Assembly (NCBI GenBank): GCA_023261695.1
Contig: JAHFON010000002.1
Span: 11,467-75,466 of the forward strand
Length of the DNA stretch: 64,000 nt
Direction of reading: 5' to 3'
From: Candidatus Moraniibacteriota bacterium
GTDB lineage: Bacteria; Patescibacteriota; Minisyncoccia; Moranbacterales; UBA1568
Shown piece by piece: positions 47,823-57,537 of this stretch (position 1 is its first letter; every line of letters starts with the position of its first letter). Made by a program: the position numbers and the translations under genes. The notes beneath the pieces were generated by a model. The model was given only the letters and a program-made list of their open reading frames with translations, was not told the origin of the DNA and did no database searches.

Positions 47823-48308
47823 ATGTCTATTAAAAAAACAACCCATTCCGCGTTAGAAGTCGGCTTGTATTTTTTGTATTTAGCCAATCAGTCAGGAAAG
47901 AAAATTACCAATAAAAAAATGCAAAAGCTTGTTTATTATGCACAAGCTTGGTCTTTGGTTGTAAATAATAAGAAGCTTTTTGGGGATAAAATTGAAGCTT
48001 GGGTTCACGGTCCAGCTGTAAGAAGTTTATATGTCAAATATAAAGAATTTGGTTTCAATCCAATAATTAAGGAGATTGATCAACAAACAGCAGAAGTATT
48101 TTCAACAAAAGACAAAAAGCTTATAGATCAGGTATGGAGCTTGTATGGATCGCTGGACGCCGGATATCTTGAAATGCTTACTCACTCCGAAAGACCGTGG
48201 CAGGAAGCAAGAGAGGGACTTCAAAGTTCTGAAAGTTCAAGCAGCGAAATATCTACGAAGATAATGAAGGAGTTTTATTCCGAAAAGCTTCAAGAGGCTA
48301 AAAAGTAA
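47823..48308 (+). CDS. Panacea (SocA/DUF4065) antitoxin
   Basis: TNKKMQKLVYYAQ, EAWVHGP, LTHSERPW. Confidence 0.9.
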   Translation: MSIKKTTHSALEVGLYFLYLANQSGKKITNKKMQKLVYYAQAWSLVVNNKKLFGDKIEAWVHGPAVRSLYVKYKEFGFNPIIKEIDQQTAEVFSTKDKKLIDQVWSLYGSLDAGYLEMLTHSERPWQEAREGLQSSESSSSEISTKIMKEFYSEKLQEAKK

Positions 48309-48314
48309 AATTAT

Positions 48315-48755
48315 ATGGTAGATATACCTAATGAGGTAACTCAAATGCAAAATGACGGTGATATACCAAAGACTGTCGCAGAGTTACCACAAGATTCTGA
48401 TGTATCAGAAGTTGAACCCTATAAAATATCCTTTTCCAAATATAATAATAAGCTTTGCGAAATTTCTGAATTAGGAAAAAACAAGGGCAATAAGGCACTT
48501 ACCATTCTCAAAGAAATTGGAACAAAGGTATTTTCCAGGGCAGATTTCCAAAAACACAACATTCAAACAAAAGGAATTTCTTATGACGGAGCTTACAAGC
48601 CTCTTTATAGTAAGATTGCTGATGGCATAGAAATCAAGGAGCTTTTTTTACAAGGGACTGGTCGTATTTTTTATTTTGACATTGAACCGGAAAGAATGCT
48701 TTATATTGTTGCTATCAAGGAGAATCATTTTGAAACTGAAAAAGTAAGGCGATGA
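48315..48755 (+). CDS. Putative toxin partner of the Panacea antitoxin
   Basis: 6 nt after the antitoxin stop; RelE-like end (ELFLQGTGRIFY...H). Confidence 0.55.
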   Translation: MVDIPNEVTQMQNDGDIPKTVAELPQDSDVSEVEPYKISFSKYNNKLCEISELGKNKGNKALTILKEIGTKVFSRADFQKHNIQTKGISYDGAYKPLYSKIADGIEIKELFLQGTGRIFYFDIEPERMLYIVAIKENHFETEKVRR

Positions 48756-48923
48756 AAGTATTATGCTTGTGTACTTAAATTAAGGACATAAATGTATTCT
48801 CGCGTATTCATAAAGAAAGTTCTAACTTCCTCCACAGTCCGGCTCCATAAATAAAAAAATGGCTCCGCGGGACAGATGTCACACGCGGAGCCGGAACGGG
48901 GTTGACTGAGGACTTAACTTCGA

Positions 48924-49424
48924 TCAGAGAAAACGGCCGCGATAACGCGGTCTTTCGTCTTTGACGACAAGCCAGAGGCCGTTTTCGGCGGCCACTGACC
49001 AGCTCAATCCAGGTTTCCAAGTGCCGTCTTTATTACATAGGCAGGCTATACGGCGCACGCCGTTGTGGGACATCTCCCATTCTGATGTCCCAAAAAAGAC
49101 GAATTTCGCTTCCGGCCGGTTGTTATCCGGCACGGGAAATCTTTTTTGGAAGCTTTCCCAGGCTTGTCCTTCCAAAAGTCGCCCGCCCAATTTTTTGGCT
49201 TCCACTTGCGCTTGAGCGAGATTTGTGACGCCGAAATATTGCAACGTCACGTTTGTATATATAGACCGCCCCTCAAAGTAGGGGCCGATAAAAGCGCACT
49301 CGCCCTTGTTAATGCCCGCGAGTTCCGCCAGAACAGCTGGTTCTCTATAGATCACATCCAGCTGAAATTCCTCGCCGATCTTTGGCAGAAATGCGTGCCT
49401 GTGAGATTCAAGCAATTGTGTCAT
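48924..49424 (-). CDS. Orphan hypothetical protein
   Basis: GAAAGGGG SD; downstream terminator GGCTCCGCG/CGCGGAGCC with T run. Confidence 0.65.
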   Translation of the reverse strand: MTQLLESHRHAFLPKIGEEFQLDVIYREPAVLAELAGINKGECAFIGPYFEGRSIYTNVTLQYFGVTNLAQAQVEAKKLGGRLLEGQAWESFQKRFPVPDNNRPEAKFVFFGTSEWEMSHNGVRRIACLCNKDGTWKPGLSWSVAAENGLWLVVKDERPRYRGRFL

Positions 49425-49619
49425 CAGTCGCCCCTTTCATTGGTTGCGGCTTTCCCTATCTCGCTTTGGAGAATGGGGAATGAGCCAGGTTTTAGAGCCT
49501 CAAAGATAAGATGTCAAAGGACAGCAAAGTAATGTAATATCAAAATTGGCAATTTGTCAATCTCAAGTCCCAGTTTTTTGTTTATTTAACGGGTGATATA
49601 ATACGCTCATCTTTCTGAA

Positions 49620-50876
49620 ATGACTATGTGGCAATTTTATTTTCTTAAACTGCGACAGATATTTTCCAAGAAGATTTTTTGGAGCGTAATTTTGGGAATT
49701 AGCGTTTTCGCGGCCGGCGCTTATTTTTTTCAACGGAGTTATTTCGCCGATGTTTTGAAAAAAAAGAACGTTTTGGAAAAAGAAAGCGCGCTTTCCGATT
49801 GGGTGGATGAATCGCCTGTGTTTGACGCGCAAGATGTTTCGCCCAATGGCGGGGAAGAAATTTTTCCCGCGCCCCCGCCTCCTCCTCCGTCAATGGAACG
49901 CATGAAAAAACAAGGCTGTGTGGCGGACGGCTTTCTCTCCGGTTACGGAGGCGATATCAATAGCTCCATCGCTTTGATCAATCGCTCGCAGTGTTATTAT
50001 TTGCATCGGGCGCTGGAGACGTGGTTGCGGCCGCCGGATTTCAAATTGGCGCGCAAAATTATGAGCAAGGTGACGAAACCCAACACGGTATACGGGATGT
50101 TTATAGCGGAGGCTATAGACACCAAAGCCAATTATTTTTATCCGGCGGGGAAACGCGACTTCAATTTTGACGAGATGTGCGCTGTAGGCAGTAAAAATTA
50201 TTGGGGAGAACACACGTGCAAACCTTCGTTTACGCGCAAAGAATATCGAAAATACGTTCAATACATTGCTGAACAGGCGATGGATTTGGGCATCCAGAGT
50301 TTTATTTTTGGGCAGGTGTTTTATCAGGATGGAGGGGATACGGCGCCGGAGATTATGGCTGAAGTAATCCGTGATATGCGCGAGTACGCTGATTTTCGCG
50401 GTATGAAAATTGTAATTGGCGCGCAGACCAACGACATCACGGATGAAAAATATTTGCGTCTGTTTGATTATATTGAAGGCGGTGTGGGGCTGCAGAGCGA
50501 CGGCAGTATTGAAGACGGACCTTGCTTTTCGCGCTGGTGGCAGAAGCCGGGTGATTGGTGCTGGGCGCTTCTCTGGCATCCGGATTTTTTGAACAAAGCC
50601 AACAATGTTTTCACGCATTTTGATTGGAGCGGAAAAATGGGGGATGATATGAGTGTTTTCACGCGTATGGATCAGGATCAACGCGAGACAACCTTGCGCC
50701 GCCTCCATAATTATTTCACTGATCGCAACGTGGGATTTCTGATGCCCCTTCTAGCCACACTGCATCGGGACAACGGCGGTTGCAGCGGACCGAAAAAACG
50801 CTTTTATTCGGCGAGCAAAAAGTATTCCTGCGCGGACGAAGATGCGATTAACCAGATTATTTCCGGCAAAAAATAA
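49620..50876 (+). CDS. Membrane-anchored Cys/Trp-rich hypothetical protein
   Basis: N-terminal TM, poly-Pro linker, long ORF. Confidence 0.75.
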   Translation: MTMWQFYFLKLRQIFSKKIFWSVILGISVFAAGAYFFQRSYFADVLKKKNVLEKESALSDWVDESPVFDAQDVSPNGGEEIFPAPPPPPPSMERMKKQGCVADGFLSGYGGDINSSIALINRSQCYYLHRALETWLRPPDFKLARKIMSKVTKPNTVYGMFIAEAIDTKANYFYPAGKRDFNFDEMCAVGSKNYWGEHTCKPSFTRKEYRKYVQYIAEQAMDLGIQSFIFGQVFYQDGGDTAPEIMAEVIRDMREYADFRGMKIVIGAQTNDITDEKYLRLFDYIEGGVGLQSDGSIEDGPCFSRWWQKPGDWCWALLWHPDFLNKANNVFTHFDWSGKMGDDMSVFTRMDQDQRETTLRRLHNYFTDRNVGFLMPLLATLHRDNGGCSGPKKRFYSASKKYSCADEDAINQIISGKK

Positions 50877-50935
50877 ATCTCGTCAATTGGCCGCTAAGTT
50901 TTGCATTATGTGGTACAATGCGTTTAAGTTTTGCG

Positions 50936-51253
50936 ATGTCACAATTTCAGAATAAAATATTTCAGCGGCGCAAGGAGGATTTCATCTGCGAACAATGCGG
51001 CGAGTTTGTCGGCGGCGACGGCTACACGAATCATTGCCCGAAATGTCTGTATAGCAAGCACGTAGACATTTTTCCGGGAGACCGCCAGGCGCCGTGCGGA
51101 GGACTGATGCGGCCGGTGGTATTTGAACAGAGTCGGGGCGGATATTCTCTTACGCATCGTTGTATTTCTTGCGGATACATGAAAAAAAACAAAACCGCCA
51201 AAGACGATGATTTTGAAACACTGGTTGCGCTTTCATGCAGTCTTATTGGCTAG
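50936..51253 (+). CDS. RNHCP domain protein
   Basis: FICEQCG...TNHCPKCLYSKHVD..PGDR...CGGLM. Confidence 0.85.
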   Translation: MSQFQNKIFQRRKEDFICEQCGEFVGGDGYTNHCPKCLYSKHVDIFPGDRQAPCGGLMRPVVFEQSRGGYSLTHRCISCGYMKKNKTAKDDDFETLVALSCSLIG

Positions 51254-51277
51254 CGGTTCAAATAAATACAAAATGTT

Positions 51278-53845
51278 ATGGTGTGGAAAAAGTTTTCTTC
51301 AGAAGACTTAGCTCAAGTTTTCGCTGAACTGCAAAGCTCTGCGGCGGGATTGTCTACCTCTGCGGCGGCGGAACGTTTGCGGATCACGGGAGAAAACAGA
51401 TTAGAAGAAGAGTCTTTTTCTCTTATCAAGCTGATCAAGCGGCGCGCGCATTCTTCTTTTTTGTATCTGCTGTTGGCGGCGGCGTTACTTTCCTATTTTC
51501 TGGGAGAACATTTGGAAGCCTTGCTAATTTTGATTTTTATCACGATCAATGTCTCGCTTGAGACATATCAGGAATATCATTCCGAGAAAGTAACACGACT
51601 TCTCAAGCGCTATCTCGTGGCCTATGCGCGCGTGCGCCGCGATGGCAAAATAGTAGCCGTGGAAAGTAAAGAGATTGTTCCAGGGGACATTCTGCTGGTG
51701 GAAGCCGGTGACCGCTTGTCCGCGGATGTGCGTTTTATTGTTACTCGGGGATTGGAAATAGATGAAAGTTTACTGACCGGAGAATCGGCGGCTATCAGTA
51801 AGTCGACGGCCGCCTTGAATGTGCTGCCGACCGAAATGTATGAAGCGCAGAATATCGGTTTTGCCGGTACGGCCGTGACAGCCGGCCGAGGAGAAGCGGT
51901 GGTTTTGGCGACAGCCGGAGAAACAGCCTTAGGAGAAGTCTCTTCTTTGACAGCCGGGAACGGACACAAGACGGAATTTGAAAAATGGATTGAGGAATTC
52001 AGCCGCTTTATACTCAAGTTTGTTATTTTGACGCTGGCGTTTGTTTTTATTGCTAATATTCTGATTAAAGGAAACGGTATTGATATACCAGCCCTCCTCA
52101 TTTTTTCTTTGGCGCTGGCTGTGTCGGCGGTTCCCGAAGCTTTGCCGATTATTGTTACGGTGGCTTTTGCTCGCGGATCATTGAGACTGGCTCAAAAAAA
52201 AGTGATCGTGAAACGGCCGTCAGCCATAGAAGATTTGGGCAGTATTGAAGTCTTGTGTGTGGATAAAACGGGAACGCTTACGGAAAATATCTTGTCTGTC
52301 AGTCAGGTGAAGGCAAAAAATGAGGAAGAATGTCTGAAGCTGGCTTTTCTGTCTGCTTTGGAAACGCCCGATCATCACGGCAACCTTCATGATGCTTTTG
52401 ACTTGGCATTGTGGCGGAAACTTTCTCCTCAAGCGCGCTTGGTCGCTCAGAAGTCGCGGCGCCTAGATAGCATACCGTTTGATCCGGAGCGTCGCCGCAA
52501 TAGCGTTCTGCTCCAAATGGCGGATGGGAAAAAAGAAATTGTGGTGAGGGGAGCGCCGGAAGAAATTATCCGACTTTCTAGTAATTTGGATGCGTACACG
52601 GCAAAAAATTTGATGCACTGGATGGGAGAGGCGGGACATAAAGGCGAGCGTGTTTTAGCAGTAGCTCGCAAGCCGCTTTTACGCGAACAGCAACTGACTC
52701 TTTATCAGGAACAGCATTTGGAATTTATCGGTCTTATTTCTTTCGCCGACACATTGAAGAAAACAGCCAAAGAAACTATCGCGCAAGCTCAAGAATTCAA
52801 TATACAGGTGAAAATTTTGACAGGAGATAGCCTGGAAGTGGCGGGCGCTGTGGGTTGTGCCGTCGGTTTACTCAATCGTCCAGAAGCGGTTGTGACAGGC
52901 AAGAAGCTTACTTCAATGGCGTATGAAGAACGCCGCCGGGCTATTTTTTCGGGATCTGTTTTTGCGAGAATTTCTCCAAGTGAGAAGCACGAGATTGTCA
53001 AAATTATTCAAGAAAAATATATAGTGGGATTTTTGGGCGAGGGCATCAATGATGCTCCCGCGCTCAAAGCGGCCAATGTCGGACTGGTCGTGCAGGGAGC
53101 TTCCGATATAGCGCGGGAAGCGGCGGATGTCGTGTTGTTGCAGAAAAGTTTGGAAACCGTGATTGACGGCGTGAAAGAAGGACGCGTGATTTTTGCGAAC
53201 ATTTTCAAATATATAAAAATCACCCTCACATCTAATTTTGGCAACTTTTATTCCGTGGCTTTGGCCTCGCTGTTTATGCCGTTTATTCCGCTTCTGCCTA
53301 TCCAAATTCTTTTGCTGAATCTTTTGTCAGATTTTCCGATGCTTGCCATAGCCACTGATACGGTAGATGCGGAGAAGAAAGAAAGCTCAAAAAATTACCA
53401 AGCGCACTCCATTATATTGGCCGCTATTTTGCTGGGCGGAGTGAGTTCATTGTTTGATTTTATGTTGTTTGGAATTTTCGCGCGAGTTTCTCCTCAGGTC
53501 TTGCAGACAGCCTGGTTTATTTTGAGCGTGATAACGGAAGTGTTTCTGATTTTCTCTTTGCGCACGCGGTTAGTTTTTTTCCGCGCGCGCCGGCCGTCTT
53601 TTATGTTGATATTTTTTTCGCTAGTTATTTTGGCGGTTACCGTCTTAATTCCATTTGTTCCTTGGGGAGCCGGTACTTTTCATTTTATCCAGCCGAACAT
53701 TTCTTTTATGCTGATTATAATGAGTCTGGCCGTCGGTTATTTCATAGCCACGGAGTTAGTGAAACACTTGTATTACAATCATCTTAATGGGCGGCGTGTT
53801 TCGCACGGAAAAATCAGCGGGCAAAAAATATTAGTCAGCGCGTAA
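51278..53845 (+). CDS. P-type cation-transporting ATPase (MgtA-like)
   Basis: TGES, PEAL, DKTGT, TGD, GEGINDAP. Confidence 0.9.
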   Translation: MVWKKFSSEDLAQVFAELQSSAAGLSTSAAAERLRITGENRLEEESFSLIKLIKRRAHSSFLYLLLAAALLSYFLGEHLEALLILIFITINVSLETYQEYHSEKVTRLLKRYLVAYARVRRDGKIVAVESKEIVPGDILLVEAGDRLSADVRFIVTRGLEIDESLLTGESAAISKSTAALNVLPTEMYEAQNIGFAGTAVTAGRGEAVVLATAGETALGEVSSLTAGNGHKTEFEKWIEEFSRFILKFVILTLAFVFIANILIKGNGIDIPALLIFSLALAVSAVPEALPIIVTVAFARGSLRLAQKKVIVKRPSAIEDLGSIEVLCVDKTGTLTENILSVSQVKAKNEEECLKLAFLSALETPDHHGNLHDAFDLALWRKLSPQARLVAQKSRRLDSIPFDPERRRNSVLLQMADGKKEIVVRGAPEEIIRLSSNLDAYTAKNLMHWMGEAGHKGERVLAVARKPLLREQQLTLYQEQHLEFIGLISFADTLKKTAKETIAQAQEFNIQVKILTGDSLEVAGAVGCAVGLLNRPEAVVTGKKLTSMAYEERRRAIFSGSVFARISPSEKHEIVKIIQEKYIVGFLGEGINDAPALKAANVGLVVQGASDIAREAADVVLLQKSLETVIDGVKEGRVIFANIFKYIKITLTSNFGNFYSVALASLFMPFIPLLPIQILLLNLLSDFPMLAIATDTVDAEKKESSKNYQAHSIILAAILLGGVSSLFDFMLFGIFARVSPQVLQTAWFILSVITEVFLIFSLRTRLVFFRARRPSFMLIFFSLVILAVTVLIPFVPWGAGTFHFIQPNISFMLIIMSLAVGYFIATELVKHLYYNHLNGRRVSHGKISGQKILVSA

Positions 53846-54018
53846 AATTCTCTTCTTTATTTTTTGCGGCCATAAAAGTGGAAGAACCCGGAATCGTGGC
53901 TCGCGACTCCGGGTTCTTTGCGCGTGGGCGTTACCACGCTGGGCGGTCAGCACGCAGGGGACGTGCCTTTTATTACTATCAATGTAGCACGGGGAAGATA
54001 TTTTTGTAAAGTCTCGTT

Positions 54019-55248
54019 TTAACTTTTATCAGCAATGGCTTTTTGGATAATTTCGAGAGATTTTGAAAGTGTTTGTGTTCCAAGCGATCCGGTGTCGCGA
54101 TGTTCCATACTTACGCTTTGTGTTTCCACTTCTTTGTCTCCTATGACGAGCAAGTAGGGAATTTTTTGCGTCTTGCCGGAGCGCACACGTTTGCCAAGCG
54201 GTTCGTTGTCTGCGTTGAGTTCCGCGCGAATATTGTTTTCTTGGAACAGGTATGCGACTTTTTCCGCGAAGTTTCTGTGTTTTTCTCCGATCGGCAGTAC
54301 GATTACTTGGACAGGCGCAAGCCACACCGGAAAGCTACCTCCATAATGCTCAATGAGCACGCTCAAGAAGCGTTCTATGGAACCCATAATGGCGGCGTGG
54401 ATCATCACGATGCGTTCTTTTTCTCCTTTTTCGTTCACGCAAGTGAGATCAAAGCGCTCCGGCATATTCATATCCAGTTGGATAGTGGCCACTTGCCATT
54501 CCCGTCCGAGATTGTCTTTGGCCATAAAATCCAGTTTGGGTCCGTAAAAAGCCGCTTCACCGATTCCGTCAACGGTTTCTGCGCCCTTATCCCGCGTAAT
54601 CTCACGTAAGATATTTTCCGCGCTTTGCCAGCGCGCTTGATCGCCTAAAAATTTTTCCGGCTGTTTCGGATCGCGGAAAGACAAACGGATTTTCAAATGA
54701 AACCCGAATGTTTTATAAAAAGTTTCCACAATTTCCCAGATTTTCAGAAATTCTTCCTTCACTTCCGTTTCCCGACAAAAAACGTGAGCGTCGTCTTGGG
54801 TGAAAGCGCGCGTACGGGCCAGGCCATTTAATTCCCCGGTTTGTTCATCACGATAACACATCGTGGAATTGGCGTAGCGCTGGGGCAGTTCGCGATAACT
54901 CCATAATTTGCGCGCGTAAATCTGGGTATGATGGGGGCAATTCATCGGTTTTAGAGCAAATAGGTCTCCTTCACGCGTGGTAATTTTGAAAAGATCGTCT
55001 TGGAATTTATCCCAATGCCCGCTGGTTTCGTAAAGATCGCGCTTGGTGATGTGCGGAATTTCCACTTTTTGATAACCGTATTGTTTGCGCAATTGCCAAA
55101 CAAAATCGTCTAAAGTATCGCGCAAAAGGGTGCCTTTCGGAGTCCAGAGCGGCAAGCCGCTTCCCACCAGATCGGAAAATACGAAAAGGTCCAGTTCTCG
55201 TCCGAGTCGTTTGTGATCATTTATTTTTTCTTCCGCGGTGGTTGGCAT
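54019..55248 (-). CDS. thrS: Threonyl-tRNA synthetase, short form
   Basis: DHKRLG, KPMNCP, FTQDDAH, AAFYGPKLD, GSIERF. Confidence 0.96.
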   Translation of the reverse strand: MPTTAEEKINDHKRLGRELDLFVFSDLVGSGLPLWTPKGTLLRDTLDDFVWQLRKQYGYQKVEIPHITKRDLYETSGHWDKFQDDLFKITTREGDLFALKPMNCPHHTQIYARKLWSYRELPQRYANSTMCYRDEQTGELNGLARTRAFTQDDAHVFCRETEVKEEFLKIWEIVETFYKTFGFHLKIRLSFRDPKQPEKFLGDQARWQSAENILREITRDKGAETVDGIGEAAFYGPKLDFMAKDNLGREWQVATIQLDMNMPERFDLTCVNEKGEKERIVMIHAAIMGSIERFLSVLIEHYGGSFPVWLAPVQVIVLPIGEKHRNFAEKVAYLFQENNIRAELNADNEPLGKRVRSGKTQKIPYLLVIGDKEVETQSVSMEHRDTGSLGTQTLSKSLEIIQKAIADKS

Positions 55249-55258
55249 AAGTAGAGAG

Positions 55259-56770
55259 TTACTTATTTTCTTCTATGGTTTGGATGGAAAAATTGAGGTC
55301 TTTGGTTAGCTCGGCGTTTTCTGTATATTCTTGATCTTTGGTTTTCAGGTGAACAGTTACTGGCAGACTGCCTACGCCGGATTGTTTTTGGATGAGCAGG
55401 CGATAATTCTCCGGCGTAATAGTGTCGGGAAGTTCATATTGGATGGAAGTTTCCAGCGTTTGTCCGATGACCGCGTCCACCTTGTAGCCGAAGACGGTTT
55501 TTTTCAACTCAGGAGAATCTTGGGTCAGAATGCCGCCGGTGTTTTTGCGGGTCTGCTCTATGTATTTTGCTCCTTGGGGAGCAAGAATACGGGTATAAGT
55601 GTGGTAATCACTGGTACGCCAATCGCCGTGCGTAGCCGTATGATTGTAAGTGTATGTGACGGTGGCTCTTGGTTTTTCGCCTGTGAAATCCACCAGATAA
55701 TCAAGCGAGCGCTTGATGTAATAATCAGTTTTCAGCGCTCCCAGATTAGCATCCACGAGCATCAGGTAGTCGCTTGGCCAGTCTTTGGCGACACCACCAT
55801 CCCAATGGACGCTTTCCGCAAGCGATTGGAGATTTTCATCCGGGAAGTAGAGCATTACGTTTTTATTGCGGAGCTCTTGCTGAACGAACTCGGCGATTTT
55901 CGGAATACTTTCTATATGATTGAGACGCTGGATGATTTCCGCCGCGATTTGTTTCATTAAGTTTTTGCGGTTCTGTTTGAGTTCGGCCGGCACATCTTTA
56001 TCATCAATAAATTTTTTTTCCACGGCTTCTTCCAGAAGCAGAGTGCCGTTTTCTCCGCTGAAAGTTCTGGTGTCAATTTTTTTTACATAAGCCCCGTCCA
56101 GGGTCTTCGTGAAGCTTTCCACGGAAACCGTGATCGGACCGGCGAGCTCCAGTATGTGATTGAAAACATCGGAATTGACCGCGATCACCCCGTCAAATTT
56201 TTCACGGCCTCCGCCGAGCCGGTAGAAATACTCGGCCTTTTCCGCGTTAAACGGAAAATCCGGGGAAAAATTGGAATCATGAAGCAACCAGCGTTTCGTT
56301 TGAGCGTAGCGGATGAGCGGCCAGGGCGGCGTAATTTTGATATTGGCGTTTTTGATGCGCTGATCCAGCAGGTTGGCGTCTTCCACGAAGGATGAAATCA
56401 CCGCCCCATTTTTGATTTTGATGATGGCATATTGACCCAAGAAACCGCCACCGGGACGAAGCTCGTGATCGTTTTGGAGAAGTATCATAAAGGAGCGAAT
56501 TTTGTCGTCCTGTTTTGTGAATTCTTGGACCAGCGTGTTGGTTATCTCAATTTCCTTTTTGGTATCCGGAGCCAGCGGGAGCAGTTTGGAAACTTTTTGA
56601 AAAAGATTTAAAGAGTTTACGGCAAACTCTGTTTTGTGATTTTTGGCATAGAAGAAAAGATAGACTCCGCCTGCGATGATTATCGCGATAACAGAAAAAG
56701 CAATAAGCCGGTTTTTAGCAGGCAATTGATACATAAAGAAAGTGAAACAGATGAAAAAATTGTAAGCCAC
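55259..56770 (-). CDS. DUF4012 domain protein
   Basis: QNDHELRPGGGFLG, DSNFSPDFP, DGVIA, VDAN, QKQSG; start uncertain. Confidence 0.8.
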   Translation of the reverse strand: MAYNFFICFTFFMYQLPAKNRLIAFSVIAIIIAGGVYLFFYAKNHKTEFAVNSLNLFQKVSKLLPLAPDTKKEIEITNTLVQEFTKQDDKIRSFMILLQNDHELRPGGGFLGQYAIIKIKNGAVISSFVEDANLLDQRIKNANIKITPPWPLIRYAQTKRWLLHDSNFSPDFPFNAEKAEYFYRLGGGREKFDGVIAVNSDVFNHILELAGPITVSVESFTKTLDGAYVKKIDTRTFSGENGTLLLEEAVEKKFIDDKDVPAELKQNRKNLMKQIAAEIIQRLNHIESIPKIAEFVQQELRNKNVMLYFPDENLQSLAESVHWDGGVAKDWPSDYLMLVDANLGALKTDYYIKRSLDYLVDFTGEKPRATVTYTYNHTATHGDWRTSDYHTYTRILAPQGAKYIEQTRKNTGGILTQDSPELKKTVFGYKVDAVIGQTLETSIQYELPDTITPENYRLLIQKQSGVGSLPVTVHLKTKDQEYTENAELTKDLNFSIQTIEENK

Positions 56771-56894
56771 TCCAGTGTATCAGGATCGGAGAGGTTTGAA
56801 AAGTAAAGCAGTCCGCGTTACAATAACTCTATCGGGTTCTTTATCTGTGGAATACGCGTGACAAATGAGCTTTTTGTCACGTTAAAAATATTAT

Positions 56895-56965
56895 GCGAGT
56901 GTAGTACAATGGTAGTACACGACCTTCCCAAGGTTGAGACAGGGGTCCGATTCCCCTTACTCGCT
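56895..56965 (+). tRNA. tRNA-Gly(CCC)
   Basis: CGACC-TTCCCAA-GGTTG; T-loop reads TCCGATT; no encoded CCA. Confidence 0.92.
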
Positions 56966-57038
56966 CAAAGATTTAGGGTGCGACCTAGATGAAAAAAGAT
57001 TTTGAAAATTAAATAATAAGCTGTTAAAATCAGGTTTT

Positions 57039-57491
57039 ATGAAAAAAATTATCTTAATTATTTTAGTTTTAGCTATTGTCGGCATTGCCTATCGGCTTGC
57101 TTCGCCGCTTTTTATAAATAAAAAGGTGATAGAAAAAATTGAAGATATTGCGCCGCAGGGAAACGTGAATCAAGTAGAAACGACCGCCGCCGGAACATTT
57201 GTCGGACTTGAAGGACATACGGCGCAAGGTACGGCAAAACTTATCAAAAATGGCAGTGATTATTTTGTAAGGTTGGAGGACGACTTCCGCGTGACCAACG
57301 GGCCTGATTTATTCGTATACCTTGGCAAAAATGGGGCGTACGATCCTAAGGCTCGTCTCGGCGAACTCAAAGGCAATATCGGATCGCAGAATTATGCAAT
57401 TCCCAGCTCTCTGAATGTATCCGACTACGATGAGGTGTGGGTATGGTGTTGGAGTTTTTCAGTAGCCTTTGGTAAAGCGGTTCTTAAATAA
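57039..57491 (+). CDS. DM13 domain protein
   Basis: NGPDLFVYL, LKGNIGSQNY, VWVWC...FG.A. Confidence 0.88.
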   Translation: MKKIILIILVLAIVGIAYRLASPLFINKKVIEKIEDIAPQGNVNQVETTAAGTFVGLEGHTAQGTAKLIKNGSDYFVRLEDDFRVTNGPDLFVYLGKNGAYDPKARLGELKGNIGSQNYAIPSSLNVSDYDEVWVWCWSFSVAFGKAVLK

Positions 57492-57537
57492 GCAGAACGT
57501 CTTCTTAAAAAACTGAATTACACAAATAGTAAAATAG

